Assembly: GCF_009914755.1 (NCBI RefSeq)
Contig: NC_060925.1
Direction: 5' to 3' (one strand)
Length of the DNA stretch: 64,000 nucleotides
DNA from: the human T2T-CHM13v2.0 reference genome, Homo sapiens
The position numbers and the translations under genes were made by a program. Position 1 is the first letter of the stretch, and every line of letters starts with the position of its first letter. The notes beneath the pieces were generated by a model. That model saw nothing but the letters and a program-made list of their open reading frames with translations, searched no databases and was not told the origin of the DNA. This document shows, piece by piece, positions 1 to 16,699 of the stretch.

Positions 1-108
1 ATGTAGGATATGTCTGTATCCTCACATTTCATGATATCCAGGTAAGTAACGGCAGGCATAATCAGAACTGTACCTCGCATCTGAATAAAACAATTTTCAA
101 AAATTTCA

Positions 109-433
<325 letters not shown>

Positions 434-682
434 TTAATTCAACAAATGTATCTTGACTACTGTGTGCCAGACTGAGGATACAGCAGTAAGCAATAAGCTT
501 CCCTCTAGAGCTTATCGTTATTGCCATCTAATCATGATAACATTTTTGTCCATAGAGTTGCCATGAGGAAGTCTCTTTGAGACTGTGCAAGAGCTGATTG
601 ATTGCAAAGCTCTATTGACTGGGAAGTTGTTCATGAAGGAGGAATATTTCAAAATACGTAGAAAAAAGAAAATACCATTTTC

Positions 683-1065
683 TGAGTACATTTTGTGCTG
701 CTATAACAGAATGCCAGAGGCTGGGTAATCTATAATAAACAGAAATTTATTGGTTCATGATTCTGGAGGGTGGGAAGTCCAAGATCAAGGAGCTGGCATC
801 TGGCAAGGGCCTTCCTGCTGCATCATCAGATGGCAGAAGGCAAAAGGAGAGAGAGGGTGAGGGCGAGTGAGAGGGCAGGCGAGGGAGGCTGAACTCATCC
901 TTTTATAAGGAACCCACTCCGTGACAACGGCATTATCTCATTGATGAAGGTAGTGCCCCTGTGATCCAAACTCCTGGTGGGACCAATTAGACCTCACTTT
1001 CCATCTCAACTTTTGGGATCAAGTTTCCAACACATGAACTTTGAGGGATGCATTCAAACCATAGT
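683..1065 (-). mobile_element. MaLR solo LTR (MST/MLT1A-like)
   Basis: tgctgctataacagaa...ctgggtaat...aaacagaaatttattggttcatgattctggagg...gaagtccaagatcaagg...caaaccatag is a typical reverse-strand MaLR LTR. Confidence 0.75.
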
Positions 1066-1806
1066 AACCTTGAAGGATGTTGATAGACAAAAGCTCAGAC
1101 ACATCCAAAGTAATTGCCTTACAAGGCTTCCTGTTTCCTTCAAATGAGAAGCTTTCAGAGAGCAAGAATGGTAGAAGAAGAGTCCTTTAAGTAGGGTGTG
1201 AAAACATACAGGATCTAAGAGGACCCAGAACCAGTGCCATGTAATAGTAGGATCAGGTATCTGCCAGTTTTAATAATCATTTTCTTTCATTGTATTTGTT
1301 TTAACAGAGTAACTTTTAAAAATACAGGCTTGTTTCATCTGTGTTTTTAAAAAGGCAGGCAGGAGATAGTTTGTATCTTGAGACCCACAGAAAGACATGG
1401 TAATGGTAATGGGGCTAAATGAAGATCCTAGGGCAAGATAAAAACCCAAGGATGTACCATCTTGACTGTTGTGTCTGTACCTTATGATCAAAACTGTTTC
1501 TGTCCCCAATTAAGCATCTTTGGAACATTTTGTATTTTGTTGATTTAGGAAAATAATATGCTTACATATTCTCAACACTCTAATGTAATTGTTTGTAAAT
1601 ACAACATTTGCTTTCACTAAGCTTCACTTTTTATCAAAGTTTAACCCAGTATCGCTCTTAAAGTGCTATAAAGAGCACTGCAGGGGTAAAATAGAAGGGA
1701 ATAGCCATTACATCTCTAAATAATTTTCCAAGATAAATGAGACTATAATTTTGCGTATCAAAGTCATAAAATGACCTTAAAATTTTTGTCTTTGTTTCTT
1801 GTTCAG

Positions 1807-1964
1807 AACTATAAACACTGTTTTTCTTATGCTATTGGAAAACCAGGAGACTTAAATCAACCATACGAGATTATCAACAGTTCTAATGGTAACCATATAT
1901 TTTGGCCCATGGGCCATTCTGGAATGTATGTATTTCGTGTGAAGATCCTGGATCCAAACTATAG
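1807..1964 (+). CDS. CATSPERE: CATSPERE (CatSper channel auxiliary subunit epsilon) internal coding exon, third from last
   Basis: Acceptor tttgtttcttgttcag|1807 and donor tatag|gtgaat at 1964/1965. Encodes NYKHCFSYAIGKPGDLNQPYEIINSSNGNHIFWPMGHSGMYVFRVKILDPNY+AG (158 nt, ends phase 2) and joins in frame to 19750. Matches the recalled CATSPERE C-terminal sequence. Confidence 0.92.
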
Positions 1965-2776
1965 GTGAATATATGTGTTACTGTAATAGTGTTAGCATTA
2001 GTTCTTCAAAATCTTTATTTTTTTAATTTGATGCATCCTATACATTCAATCATTGTTATTCTTGTTATTTACATATTTGCTTTTTCATTTTGTAGCAATC
2101 ACATGAAACATTCTATGTGGGTAGAAGATTTTATGTTGTGTTAATTAAATTAATCAATTTACAATTACATTCTGAGGACTTTCCTGGGTTCAGTTGCCAT
2201 GAAAGATCCAAATATAGGCACAGTCTCATCCTTCAAGGTATTTACAATTAAGCTGCCTGGAGAAGGAGGAGTTGGGGGAGGGATGCACATAAAAGCCAAG
2301 AAAAGTTAAATCAGAGCAAAATACAGGAGGTATTTTTCAAATATAATTATTTGCATTATTGACAGGCACAATAGTAATTCAGAGATGGGAAAGATTAATG
2401 CTATTTTGAGCAGTAAAAGAAAACTTTCTGGAGAACACAGAACATCAGTAGAATTTACATTGCCAGAAGACAGAGACAGACGCTTCCAGTGAAAGAAATC
2501 ACACTAATAACGGAATGGAGCTAAACGTTAGCAAAAGGTTAGCATATTGTCTATGGCTTGTGGAGTCGCAAAGGAAGGCAGAAAGTGCTCTGAATGGGGA
2601 AGGTAGAAAACAAAGGAAGGAGACAAACTTACAGCAATTCATAATGTTTAAGTAAATTTCAGCCCATGTCCTAGAGACCTTCATTAGTGTCTTCACTAGG
2701 AAAATGGCGTGATGAAAGCATAGTTCTAGGGAAATTAGCCTGAGAATAGCAGAAAGAATGGTACAGAAGAAAAATA

Positions 2777-3080
<304 letters not shown>

Positions 3081-4049
3081 AATAAGCTCTACATGGATAA
3101 TGGAGAAGAGTGACGTTAACAAGGAAAGAGGTCAAAGGAAGGCCTAGTGGCAGTAAGAATGGAAAGAAGGGAAAAAAGAGTCTAATGATGAGAGATTCTA
3201 TTGATCTAACGTGGCAAGTAAAGAAGGAAACGATATAGTTTCATGTTTTCTAGGCCAGGTGATTAAAATAGTGGCATTTCCTTTGACCACAATAGGTAAT
3301 GGGGTGGTTTTTCTGTGGGTGAGGTATTGAGATAAGAGTTCTGACTTTGAATTTGAGGGGACAATGAGACATCTAAGCAAAGATGTCCTATAAACAGTTA
3401 AGAATTCTAATCTGGGCCTGGAGTGGAAAGGAAGAGCTGATGATAAAAAGTTAACAATACGGATGTGGGTACCTTCTATGGGGATTCCAGGAGCATACAT
3501 AAGTTAGCTGACTGATTATAAATAGAGAATGGAAGGGCTTTGGGGGACACCCACTGTTAAGGAATTTGGGGTGATGAGGAAGGGCCAGACCACTGAGTTC
3601 TTCAAATAAAAGAAAAATGAAGACAAAAACAGAAAGTTAATTTTTAAAAATGCAGTAAAACAGGATATTTAAAGGTGACTGTCACTAACAGAGAGGTCCT
3701 AAACATGTTCTAAAATCATGATAATCAATGCAGGATTTGAAAAGAGGGTGTCTCAAAACTGGTTATTTCCACTATTAGCCCCTAAGCTATTCAAAGGCAG
3801 CTTTGAAAGAAGGCTGGGAGTTCATAAGAAAGGCTAATGGAGAATATTTCTTCCAAGAGACTTTTCCGAATGCCATGGGGACAAGAATACTTCCCCACAA
3901 GTAAGAGGGGGCTTCGGAAAACCACTCAGGGAAACTAACAGGGGCCTCCTGGTTTGGGGATGGGAGAACACGTATTATGCCTAATTCTCATCTGGAAAGT
4001 TTGAAGGTAAGAGGATGCCTACAGGTGCACTGACAATAGGACACATTAA

Positions 4050-4300
4050 ATGGGATTTAAAAAATGACATTTTATAGTGATATGAGGTATAATCCATAAG
4101 GAAGATAAAATATTCATGAATTTTATGCACCCAACAAAAAGCCAGACAATACATGAGACTAAAACTATTAGAAACAGGGTAAGCATATGACAAAACCACA
4201 ATTTTATTAGGAGACTTTAATATATCTTTCTCAGAATCTGATAGATCAAGTAGTCATAAAACAGATAAGCAAGTGGAGAATGTGAATAAAATTATTCATT
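4050..4300 (+). mobile_element. Old L1 ORF2 endonuclease fragment
   Basis: Decayed NFYAPN...ILLGDFNISFSESDRSS motifs (L1 EN YAPN / GDFN). Confidence 0.7.
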
Positions 4301-5275
4301 AACCTAAGTCAAGAGATAAGTAAAGTGGAGTCTTGGCTTATCCAGGAATTAGGACCTAAAGTCAGTTTGTAAAAGGATATTATTGTATGTGGCCGAAATT
4401 CCTTTTGATTTCTCGTAAAAGGTGTCATGCTAGAAACTGAAATAGCATCTCTCAGTGAGTCCAGTAGAGCCAGTAGTTCCACCAACATTTCAACAGATCG
4501 CTGTTTCTTTCATTTTGTCCCAGTTCAAATACTTGATCCACATTTTAAGCCATGTGGTAGAAAAAATGGGTGCTGTTTCTCTTTTAACACTGCAATCATA
4601 TTTGTTGTGTAAGATGTTCACATGTGAAAGGCTGAGCAGAACTAAGACCAGCTATGAAAAGGGAAGATTCCAGTTTCCCATCTCTCATTCACTTCAGAAT
4701 AGAAGCACATTGAGTGGGTCGTGGGGAGAATCTGCTGTATCTTACAATACCTACAGAGCACACATATTCTCTTCCAGTGCCTAGGGAAACACTGTAAGTT
4801 ACAATAATCTCATGGTGAACCAAAAATAAAATTTTAACAAGTGAAAGAACATCATTTTATAGGCTACAATTCAGGCTAGAAACTAAAAAATATAAATAGC
4901 ATTCTATTTCTTACAATATGACAGATTTAGTGTTCAGGGGAAACCTTTCCTGTACAGTACGTTTAACACACATACACCTTTTAAATGCGTGGCCACATTG
5001 ATAGGAAACTGAGGGGATTATTTATAGGCCAGGAATTCCGAAAAAGTACAGATTCATTAGATCCTATTGGAGTTCTCTAAAGACACTCTATCCCCCCTAG
5101 GGTTATCTGCATATCCCTGGTGACCTGGATCACAAGGCAACATGTAGGACAAAGGAGGACAAGTGTAAGGCCCTAGCAGAGACAGAGATTAGATCAGAGA
5201 ACCTAAGGCTTTGAAGGGCAAAATCCTTAGGGAAGATGGCAAGGATACATGCCTGAATCAATCTTGGCTCCAGAT

Positions 5276-5576
5276 TAAAATATATATATATAAAATATAT
5301 ATAAATATATATAAAATATATATAAATATATATAAAATATATATATAAATATATATAAAATATATATATTATAAAATATATATATTATATATAGATATAT
5401 TTATATAAATATATCTATATATATTATATATAGATATATTTATATAGATATATTTATATAAATATATTTATACAGATATATTTATATAAATATATTTATA
5501 TATATTTATATAGATATAGCTATATAAATATATCTATATAAATATATAAATATATAAAATATATATATATATATAT
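5276..5576. repeat. ~300 bp (TA)-rich low-complexity tract
   Basis: Almost pure A/T, with interrupted (TA)n and tatataaa/tatattta units. Confidence 0.97.
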
Positions 5577-5579
5577 TCC

Positions 5580-6120
5580 CTAAGAGTTTTAACTGTAAAT
5601 CTACACTCAATAGATTTAAGCCTGGATTTCATATTAGCTGACTGTCCAAAAAGAATAATAATCTAGCCAAAAATTTAAAGTGGCCCCAGCTTATGAGTGC
5701 CTCCAATATGCTCAGCAGAAGCAAATGTATATACCCTCTGGAGGATTGTGCTTTAAGCTCAAGCCTCAGAAAATCCCGAAAGGAAAAGCGCCAACCAACA
5801 AAACATAAGAAAAGGAGAAACCACAAACCAGGGTCAACAGAAACAACAATCCACAAAACCAACCTACAAAGGCTTCCAATACTGGGTTTATTAGATACAG
5901 AATACAAAATATCTTAGCTTAAATGCTGAAATTTATTTATAAGAGAGCTCTGAAAGTATGATGAAAGAACAAGAAACTATCCAAGCTGACCAGAAGACCT
6001 GGAAAGAAACAGAGAAGATTTCTAAAAATGAAAAATATAATCAGCTTAACTAAAAACTCAATACACAGATTAAACAAGAGACTGCATTCATGAAAAGAAA
6101 ATTAGTCAACTGAAAGAACA
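5580..6120 (+). mobile_element. Old L1 5'/ORF1-like fragment
   Basis: A-rich sequence resembling L1M ORF1 (aaaactcaat...gattaaacaagagactg...agaaaattagtcaactgaaaga). Confidence 0.5.
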
Positions 6121-6603
6121 AATGTCCACTACAGTCCACATCATCATTTACTTCTCCAAAAAGTTCAACTTCCAAATACCTCCACCTACCACAGTGTCAT
6201 TAACCGTAAATAATCACAAATGTACTTATTAGGCCCCAAAAGGGAACAAACTGAAGTCTCACAGTTTATCGCATCTATCTCCAAGTCCAAAGTCTGAATG
6301 ACACCCAGGCCTCCTCTAATTTTGTCATGATCCTGCCTTCCTATTCTGTACCCTGTGGCCTTTATGGTGGCAGAGTTTACCACTACCAACACACCGTAAG
6401 GTTTTATGTAATAAAAGAGTAGGGGAAATGGGAGAAAGAAAGATCAGTTCAAATAGATGACAGCTAGGTAGAAAATAAGTACAGATACTATACTCCTAGT
6501 ATCTATATGTGGTCCTGAAGCTATAGTTAGTATTTTTTGTTTTCTCCATTTTCTAACCTATGTTCACTATGTCTTTAGCCAGCATTTCAGGTTTATTTCC
6601 TAG

Positions 6604-6878
<275 letters not shown>

Positions 6879-7225
6879 TAGCAATCTCTATCTGTACATT
6901 CCTGGGGCCATAAGTGAAATCGTGAAATTCCACTCCCAGTTCCATCACTTTGGTTCTTAGATTCCCATATTCTGGCTGTGGGAGAAACACCTCCAAATCT
7001 TACTCACCGACAAGAGTATTTACTTCATCCAAAGAGAATTCCCCAACCTCACAGATAACCTTTCCTGCTAGCTTTACAGCTTTATAATATAATCATCCAC
7101 ACCAGAGCACTTCTGCGAGTAAAATAAAGCTTTATTAACATTTACACCCAAGCAGCAGGTATATACCAAAAGTGTCCTAGGTAGCCAGTAATTATGATTA
7201 CCCTCATAATAAATAGCAGCCTTAA

Positions 7226-7610
<385 letters not shown>

Positions 7611-8159
7611 TTACCTTCTTTTGCTTTAAAGTGAGTTCCTTGGCTAGAAGCAATCTTGTGGGGATAACATGAAAATACATATGACACTCGTTATATCCAT
7701 GTGTGGTGTTGCAGGCAGAGGCTTTGTAGAAAAGGCAAATTCAAATCCCAAACATGTCACAGAAAGAATAAATCACTGTCCCCTCCATGACATAATCAAC
7801 CTGTCACCAGATGGCTGTCTGATGCCTCTGGATTCATATACACAGAGAAGGCTTTGGTTGGTTGCTGCCACTACCAAATACAGGCGCACCCCAGAGATAC
7901 TGTAGGTTTAGTTCCAGACCCCTGCCGTAAAGCAAGTCATGTGAATTTTTTGGTTTCCCAGTGCATACAAAACTTATGTTTACACTATACTGTAGTCTAT
8001 TAAGTGTGCAACAGCATTGCACATTGTCTAAAAAATATATAACCAGCTTAATTTAAAAAATACTTTATTGCTAAAAAATGCCAACAATCATCTGCGCTTT
8101 TAGCAAGTCATAATCTTTTTGTTGATGGAGGGTCTTGCCTCAGTGTTGATGGATGCTGA

Positions 8160-8514
<355 letters not shown>

Positions 8515-8762
8515 GGCAGTTTCTTAAAATAAGACAACAGTGAAGCTTGCTGAAACTATTCCTTCCATGAAAGATTTCAATGTAGCATGCGATGCTGTTT
8601 GGCAGCATTTTACCCACAGTGGAACTTTCAAAATTGGAGTCAATCCTCTCAAAGCTTACCACTGCTTTATCAACTGCATTTATGTAATATGATAAACACT
8701 TTGTTATTTCAACAGTATTGACAGCAACTTCACTAGGATTAGATCTCATCTCAAGACAGCAA

Positions 8763-9108
<346 letters not shown>

Positions 9109-9557
9109 TCAAGTTTTATCATGACATTGTGGCAATTCAGTTCCATCTTCAGGCTCCACTTCTAATTCTACTTCTCTTGCTATTTCTGCCACATGTGCAG
9201 TGATTTCCCCCACTGAAGTCTTGAATCCCTCAAAGCCATTCATGAGGGTTAGAATCAACTTCTTCCAAACTCCTGCTAATGTTGATATTTTTACCTTCTC
9301 CCATGATCATGAATGTTCTCAATGGCATCTAGAATGGTGAATACTTTCCAGGTTTTCAATTTATTTTGTCCAGATACATCAGAGGATTTACTATCCATGG
9401 CAGCTATAGCCTTATGAGATGTAATTCTTAAATAGTAAGACTTGGAAGTCAAACTTACTCATTGATCGTGGGTTGCAGAATGAATATTGTGTTAGTAGGC
9501 ATGATAGGCATGAAAACAACATTGATCTTGAACACCTCCATCCGAGCTCTTGGGTGA

Positions 9558-10146
<589 letters not shown>

Positions 10147-10460
10147 AGTAGTAATATTTTGAAAGGAATCTTTTTTTTTTTCTGAGAAGTAGATCTCAAC
10201 AGTGGGCTTAAAATAGTGAGTAAAGCATTCTGTAAACAGATATGCTGTCATCCAAGCTTTGTTATTCCACTTATAGAGCACAGGCAGAGTAGACTTACCA
10301 TAATTCTGAAGGGCCCTAGAATTTTTGGAATGGTAAATGATTGCTGGCTTTAACTTAAAATCGTCAGCTACATTAGCCTCTAACAAGAAAGTCAGCCTAT
10401 CCTTTGAAGCTTTGAAGCCAGGTACTGATTTCTCTTCTCTAGCTATGATAGTTCTAGGTG

Positions 10461-10846
<386 letters not shown>

Positions 10847-11572
10847 TCATCTTAGCTAGATCTTCTGGATCAGTGGCTGCAGCTTCTCCATCAGCACTTG
10901 CTGCTTTGCCTTGTAATTTTATGTTATGCAGATGGCTTCTTTCCTTAAACCTCATAAACCAACCTCTCCTAGCTTCAAACCTTCCTTCTGCAGCTTCTTC
11001 ACCTCCCTCAGCCTTCCTAGAATTGAAGAGAGTGCTCTAAATTAGGCTTTGGTTTAAGGGATGTTGTGGGTGGTTTGATTATCTGTCCAGACCATTCAAA
11101 CTTTCTCTATATCCGTAATAAGGCTGTTTCACTTTCTTACCATTCATGTATTCACTAGAGTAGCACTTTTAATTTTCCTTCAAAAACTTTGCATTCACGA
11201 TGTGGCTAACTGTCGGTGCAAGCCCAGCTTTCAGCCTGTCTCATCTTTCAACATGCCTTCCTCACTAAGCTTAATCATTTCTAGCTTTTGATTTAGAGTG
11301 AGAGACATGTGCCTCTTCCATTTACTTGAACACGTAGAGGCTATTTTAAGGTTATTAATTGGTCTAACTTCAATATTGCTGTGTCTCAGGAAGTAGGGAG
11401 GCTGAGGGGAGAGATGCGGGATGGGGGTCAGTGATCAGTCAGAGCATACGTAACATTGATTAAGTCCACTATCTTATATGGTCGCAGTTCATGGTGCACC
11501 AGGACACTTTCAATAGTAACATCAGAGATCACTGACCACAGATCTTATAACAGATATAATAATAGTGAAAAA

Positions 11573-11841
11573 GGCTGGCACTTTGGGAGGCCAAAGTGAG
11601 AGGACAGCTTGAGGCCAGGAGTTCAAGACCCACCTGGGCAACACAGTGAGATCCCATCACTACAACAATTTTTTAAAAAATATTATCCAGGCACGGTGGC
11701 ATGTGTCGGTAGTCCTAGCTACTCAGAAGGCTGAGAGGGAGGATCACTTGAGCCCAGAAGGTCAAGGCTGCAGTGAGCTGTGACTGTGCCACTGCCCTCT
11801 AGCCTGGACGACGGAGCAAGACCCTGTTAAAAAAAAAAAAA
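11573..11841 (+). mobile_element. Alu (AluJ-like, internal deletion) inside Tigger1
   Basis: ggctggcactttgggaggcc...gagcaagaccctg followed by poly-A. Confidence 0.85.
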
Positions 11842-12008
11842 TTGAAATACTGTGAGAATTACCAAAATGTGACAGACACAAAGCAAGCACATGATGTTTA
11901 TAAAAATCAAAGGTTTGTGTTAATCCCGTGTTGAGCAAGCCTGTTGGTGCCATTCACAGTATCTGCCAAGCACAGTAAAGGGAAACTCAATAAAACAAGG
12001 TTTACCTG

Positions 12009-12557
12009 CATGCTATTTCTCCTTATCCACAGTTTCGCTTCCCATGATTCACTTACTTACAATCAACAGTGGTCCAAAACTATGAGATAGAAAATTCCAG
12101 AAGTAAACAATTCATAGATTTTAAATTGCATGCCATTCTGAGCAACATGATGAAATGTAGCACTGTCCCACCTCATCCAGCCTGGGATGTGAATGATCTC
12201 TTTGTCTAGTGTATCAGTGCTATGTGCATAACCTGCCTGATAGTCACTTAATAGCCATCCTGGCTATCAGATCCATTGTAGCGTTAAAGCAATACTGTTG
12301 TGTTCCCGTAACCCTTACTTTACTTTGTAATGGCCACAAAGTGCAAAAGTAGTGATGCTGTCATGTCGTTATAATTGTTCTATTTTATTACTAGTTATTG
12401 TTCAGCTCTTACTGTGCCTCATTTACAAATTAAACTTTATCATAGGTTTGTATGTATAGGAAAAACATAGCTATATGTAGGGTCTGGTACTATCCATGGT
12501 TTCAGGCATCTAGTGGGGGTCTTGGAACTATCCTCTGTGGATAAAGGGGGACTAGTG
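12009..12557 (+). mobile_element. MER44 (MER44B-like; Tigger7-derived MITE)
   Basis: ccttatccacagtttcgcttccc...gaaaattccagaagtaaacaattcat...ggtttcaggcatctagtgggggtcttggaac...ggataaagggggactagtg matches the recalled MER44 consensus and TIRs. Confidence 0.8.
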
Positions 12558-13762
12558 CATGGTATTTTGTAGTGGTGGTATCCAGGTCATCCTTGGTAAG
12601 GGAAATCCATGCTTATAAGGCCATACTAGGCACCACAGCCCCATTGTTTATGAGCCCATTGAGCAAGCATTCGAGTAGCTGGGGAAATAGGCTAACCATA
12701 TGGTGCTCAGGTGGTAAAGTAAGAGCTTCCTCTCTAGTAAAAGTGTTTTGATAAACATTCACATAAAACCCCAAATTTCCAGATCTACTAGTCTCATTCT
12801 AAGAATTTCATCTCCATGCTTTTCCCTAATATTTCTTCTCATCAACTCTTGTTTTTTCCAAGTCCTGGCCATGTCACCACATATTTACCCCTGCCTGTGA
12901 TTATGCCTCAGGCCATCTCTCCTATTAGGAAAAGTGGGAAAATTATCGTACTTGAAGATTTTTATGCTCGGAGGCCTTTTCTTCTCCACTGTTCCTCAAG
13001 ACTACATCTGGATGGAGCTATAGTGCCACAGCTGTCCACATCTAGATTCAGAGCAATCTGTAAATCTTTCTCATATTTTTTTCATCAGCGAGGAACTCCC
13101 CACATCTAGGCAAATGGGAGCTGAGTCAGCTATTCACGTGCTTATTTGTGCATTTCGGCATCCCAAGACCAGTTCTGTACTTACACTTCATGACAGAGTT
13201 CATTTGAGCACTTCTGACTTCCTGGTGTTAGAGATAAGACTAACACTCAGTTATAAGAGGCAACCCAGGTTTCATGGTTACTTGGTGTTTGGGGGTCAGA
13301 AGTTCAATTTCTGCCAATACCTAAGCCATGAGCGGTTTCTCAAGAGAACTGTTACTTGCCCAAGAGTACTTGCTTTTGCTTCAAAACTGTAGAGGCATCT
13401 GCTGATATTCCCCATCAGAACTTCCGCAGTCACACAGCTTCCTCCTCTGCCACAGACATATCAAGCACCTTTAGATCTGTTAGGTCATAAGAGTCAGATC
13501 TCAGCCCCGTTTGCATCACCTGGACCATCTAGACGGGCTTTTCACCCTGGACCTCATTCTGGCTGACTTTCAGGTCCCTCTGCATATTTGGAGAAGCACA
13601 TCCAAATTATGTGCGGTACATGTTGCCTCCAAAATCCAAAGTGTGCCATAAAAAGGCATATCCCTTTCTTGTGGAAGGAAGTATAAAAAGCAGGAACTTG
13701 TCTTTTACTCTCAACAGTATATCATGTACCCCACAACTCATGGGACTTGTCTCTCTTACCTT

Positions 13763-14215
<453 letters not shown>

Positions 14216-14999
14216 TAATATATCTGCAGTACCTGCTACCTCCTGCCCTCCAGGTCATGTATCATCAATATAGTGGACCAGCATGATGTTCTATGAGATG
14301 ATGATAAAAACAAACTCCATGACAGCAGGATCATAGAGTGGATGTGGTCCTGAAGCAAGAAGGGAGGTGGACTACGGTATTCCCCAGGTGAAAGCAAACG
14401 GCCTCTGATCCTTTCTGCCTGTTGAGTTTCTTGCCCAGGGCCACAGAGAATGTAGTGAAACAAGACTTGAGCCTCAGTCAGTCTGATAGCAAAGCTCATG
14501 TTCTTTGCTCTGCAGATATCAGAGTGTTGAGGGATGGTGGTGAAAGCTCCCACATCATGTGTACTTTTTGAGTTTTACTGTTTTCTGTACAGTGTAATAT
14601 ATTTAAGTATCTGGAATTCAAAACTCATTCAGGTTGGAATAGCAGTTTGTTAAAGATTTACATGTTAGTGGTGTGGGGAGGAGGGAATAATTTGCTAAAT
14701 GAATGGCTGCTTATCAGATGCTGGGGGTGGTATGGATTTGCTTCTTCGATGAGACTACATTGCGTGGGGGAGATAGCAACTACTGATTAATCTCATAATA
14801 TTCTATCAGTCCCCAAAACTCATCAGTCTTCGGAACAGTTCGACCAAATAACTTAAATTGAGTTATTCTAGGTGTTGCAGGTTCCCTGGAAAGGAAACTT
14901 TGAGATGAAGGTTAGCATGCAGGAAGTTTACTGGGAAGTGTTCTGGGATCAAAACCTTTGGTGTTTCTGTCACTGATGTAGTTCTCAATGCCATGGTGA

Positions 15000-15350
15000 A
15001 AGGAGTATCTTATGGGTCCTATCTCAGGGAGAATGAGTGGTTCGCATCTGATCAATTCACTCCAGTACTCCCCTTTCTCTAAGTCTTTAGACTTATTTCT
15101 ATACATTATAATAAAGGATTTCTTGCATCTCAACTTCATTTAATGCATTCATATCAACAATTGAATATGACCTAGAGTTATGCTTACACTTCCTTGGTCT
15201 AACACTCTCAGAATTCATTTTTTCTATACATATTCTTAGGGTATTGCTTATATAAGTTAGCAAAATTCTGCAGTTATTTTTCTGTGTAACCCTTCCTCTC
15301 CTGAGTTTGACTTTCATATTGCTCTCTAGAACTTGGTAGGATCTAAATCT
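15000..15350 (-). mobile_element. Old L1 ORF2 fragment
   Basis: The minus strand resembles the L1 ORF2 LGI.LT...KDL.K...CS.I.R region. Confidence 0.55.
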
Positions 15351-15562
15351 GTCTAGAAACAACGTGTTTGTTGAGATGGAGCGTGATAAGAACTGGGTTA
15401 TGCTTGCAACATGAACACCTCAGTAAAAGTAATATAGCTGGGCATGGTGTTGCATGCCTTCAGTACCAGCTACTCAGGAGGCTGATGGGGAGGATCATTT
15501 GAGCCCAGCACTTCAAGCTCAACATAGCAAGATCCCATCTCTAAAATAAAAAAAAAGGGAAT

Positions 15563-16220
15563 ATAGAAATCATAGACCTAAATGTAAAATGCAAAACTAT
15601 AAAACTCATAGAAGATAACTAACATAGGAAAAAACCTAATTAACCTCGCATATGGCTATGACTTTTTGGATAAACACCAGTGGTATGATCCATGAAATAA
15701 ATCATTGAAAAGCTGGACTTCATTAAAATTAAAAACTTCTGCTCTGTGAAAGACAATGTCAAGAGAATGAGAAGACAAGCCACACACTGGAAGAAAATAT
15801 TTACAAAAGATAGATCCAATAAATGATTATTATCCAGAATATACAAAGAACGCTTACAACTCGACAATAAGAAAATAACCAGATTTAAAAATGGGCAAAA
15901 GATCTGAACAGACACCTCTCCAGAGAAGATAAATGAATGACAAAAAGCATATGAAAAAATGTTCAACATGTTTATGTCATTAGAAAATGCAAATTAAAAC
16001 AATAAGATACCACTACACACTTACTAGAGTGGTCAAAATCCAGAACACTGACAATATCAAATCTGACAAGGATATGGAACATCAGGAACTCTCATTCATT
16101 GCTGACAGAAATCCAAATGGTGTGGCCACTTTGGAAGACAGTTGTTTGGCAGTTTCTTACAAAACTAAACATACTCTTACTGTATGACCCAGCAGTCGTA
16201 CTCATTGGTATTCACCCAAA
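15563..16220 (+). mobile_element. L1M (L1MB-like) ORF2 3' fragment
   Basis: gacttcattaaaattaaaaacttctgctct...aaaaatgggcaaaagatctgaacagacac...MQIKTIRYHYT (L1 ORF2 C-terminal region). Confidence 0.85.

Positions 16221-16699
<479 letters not shown>

Noticed and set aside
1-47. Strong splice donor ccag|gtaagt at 41/42 as a possible CATSPERE exon end
   Set aside because: The phase-0 reading (VGYVCILTFHDIQ) does not match what I recall preceding NYKHCF in CATSPERE, and too little upstream context is visible; treated as a cryptic site.
14870-14965. Short ERVL-type LTR fragment as the cognate 5' LTR of the 6150-14600 element
   Set aside because: Too short and diverged to assign a family or link to the internal fragment by eye.
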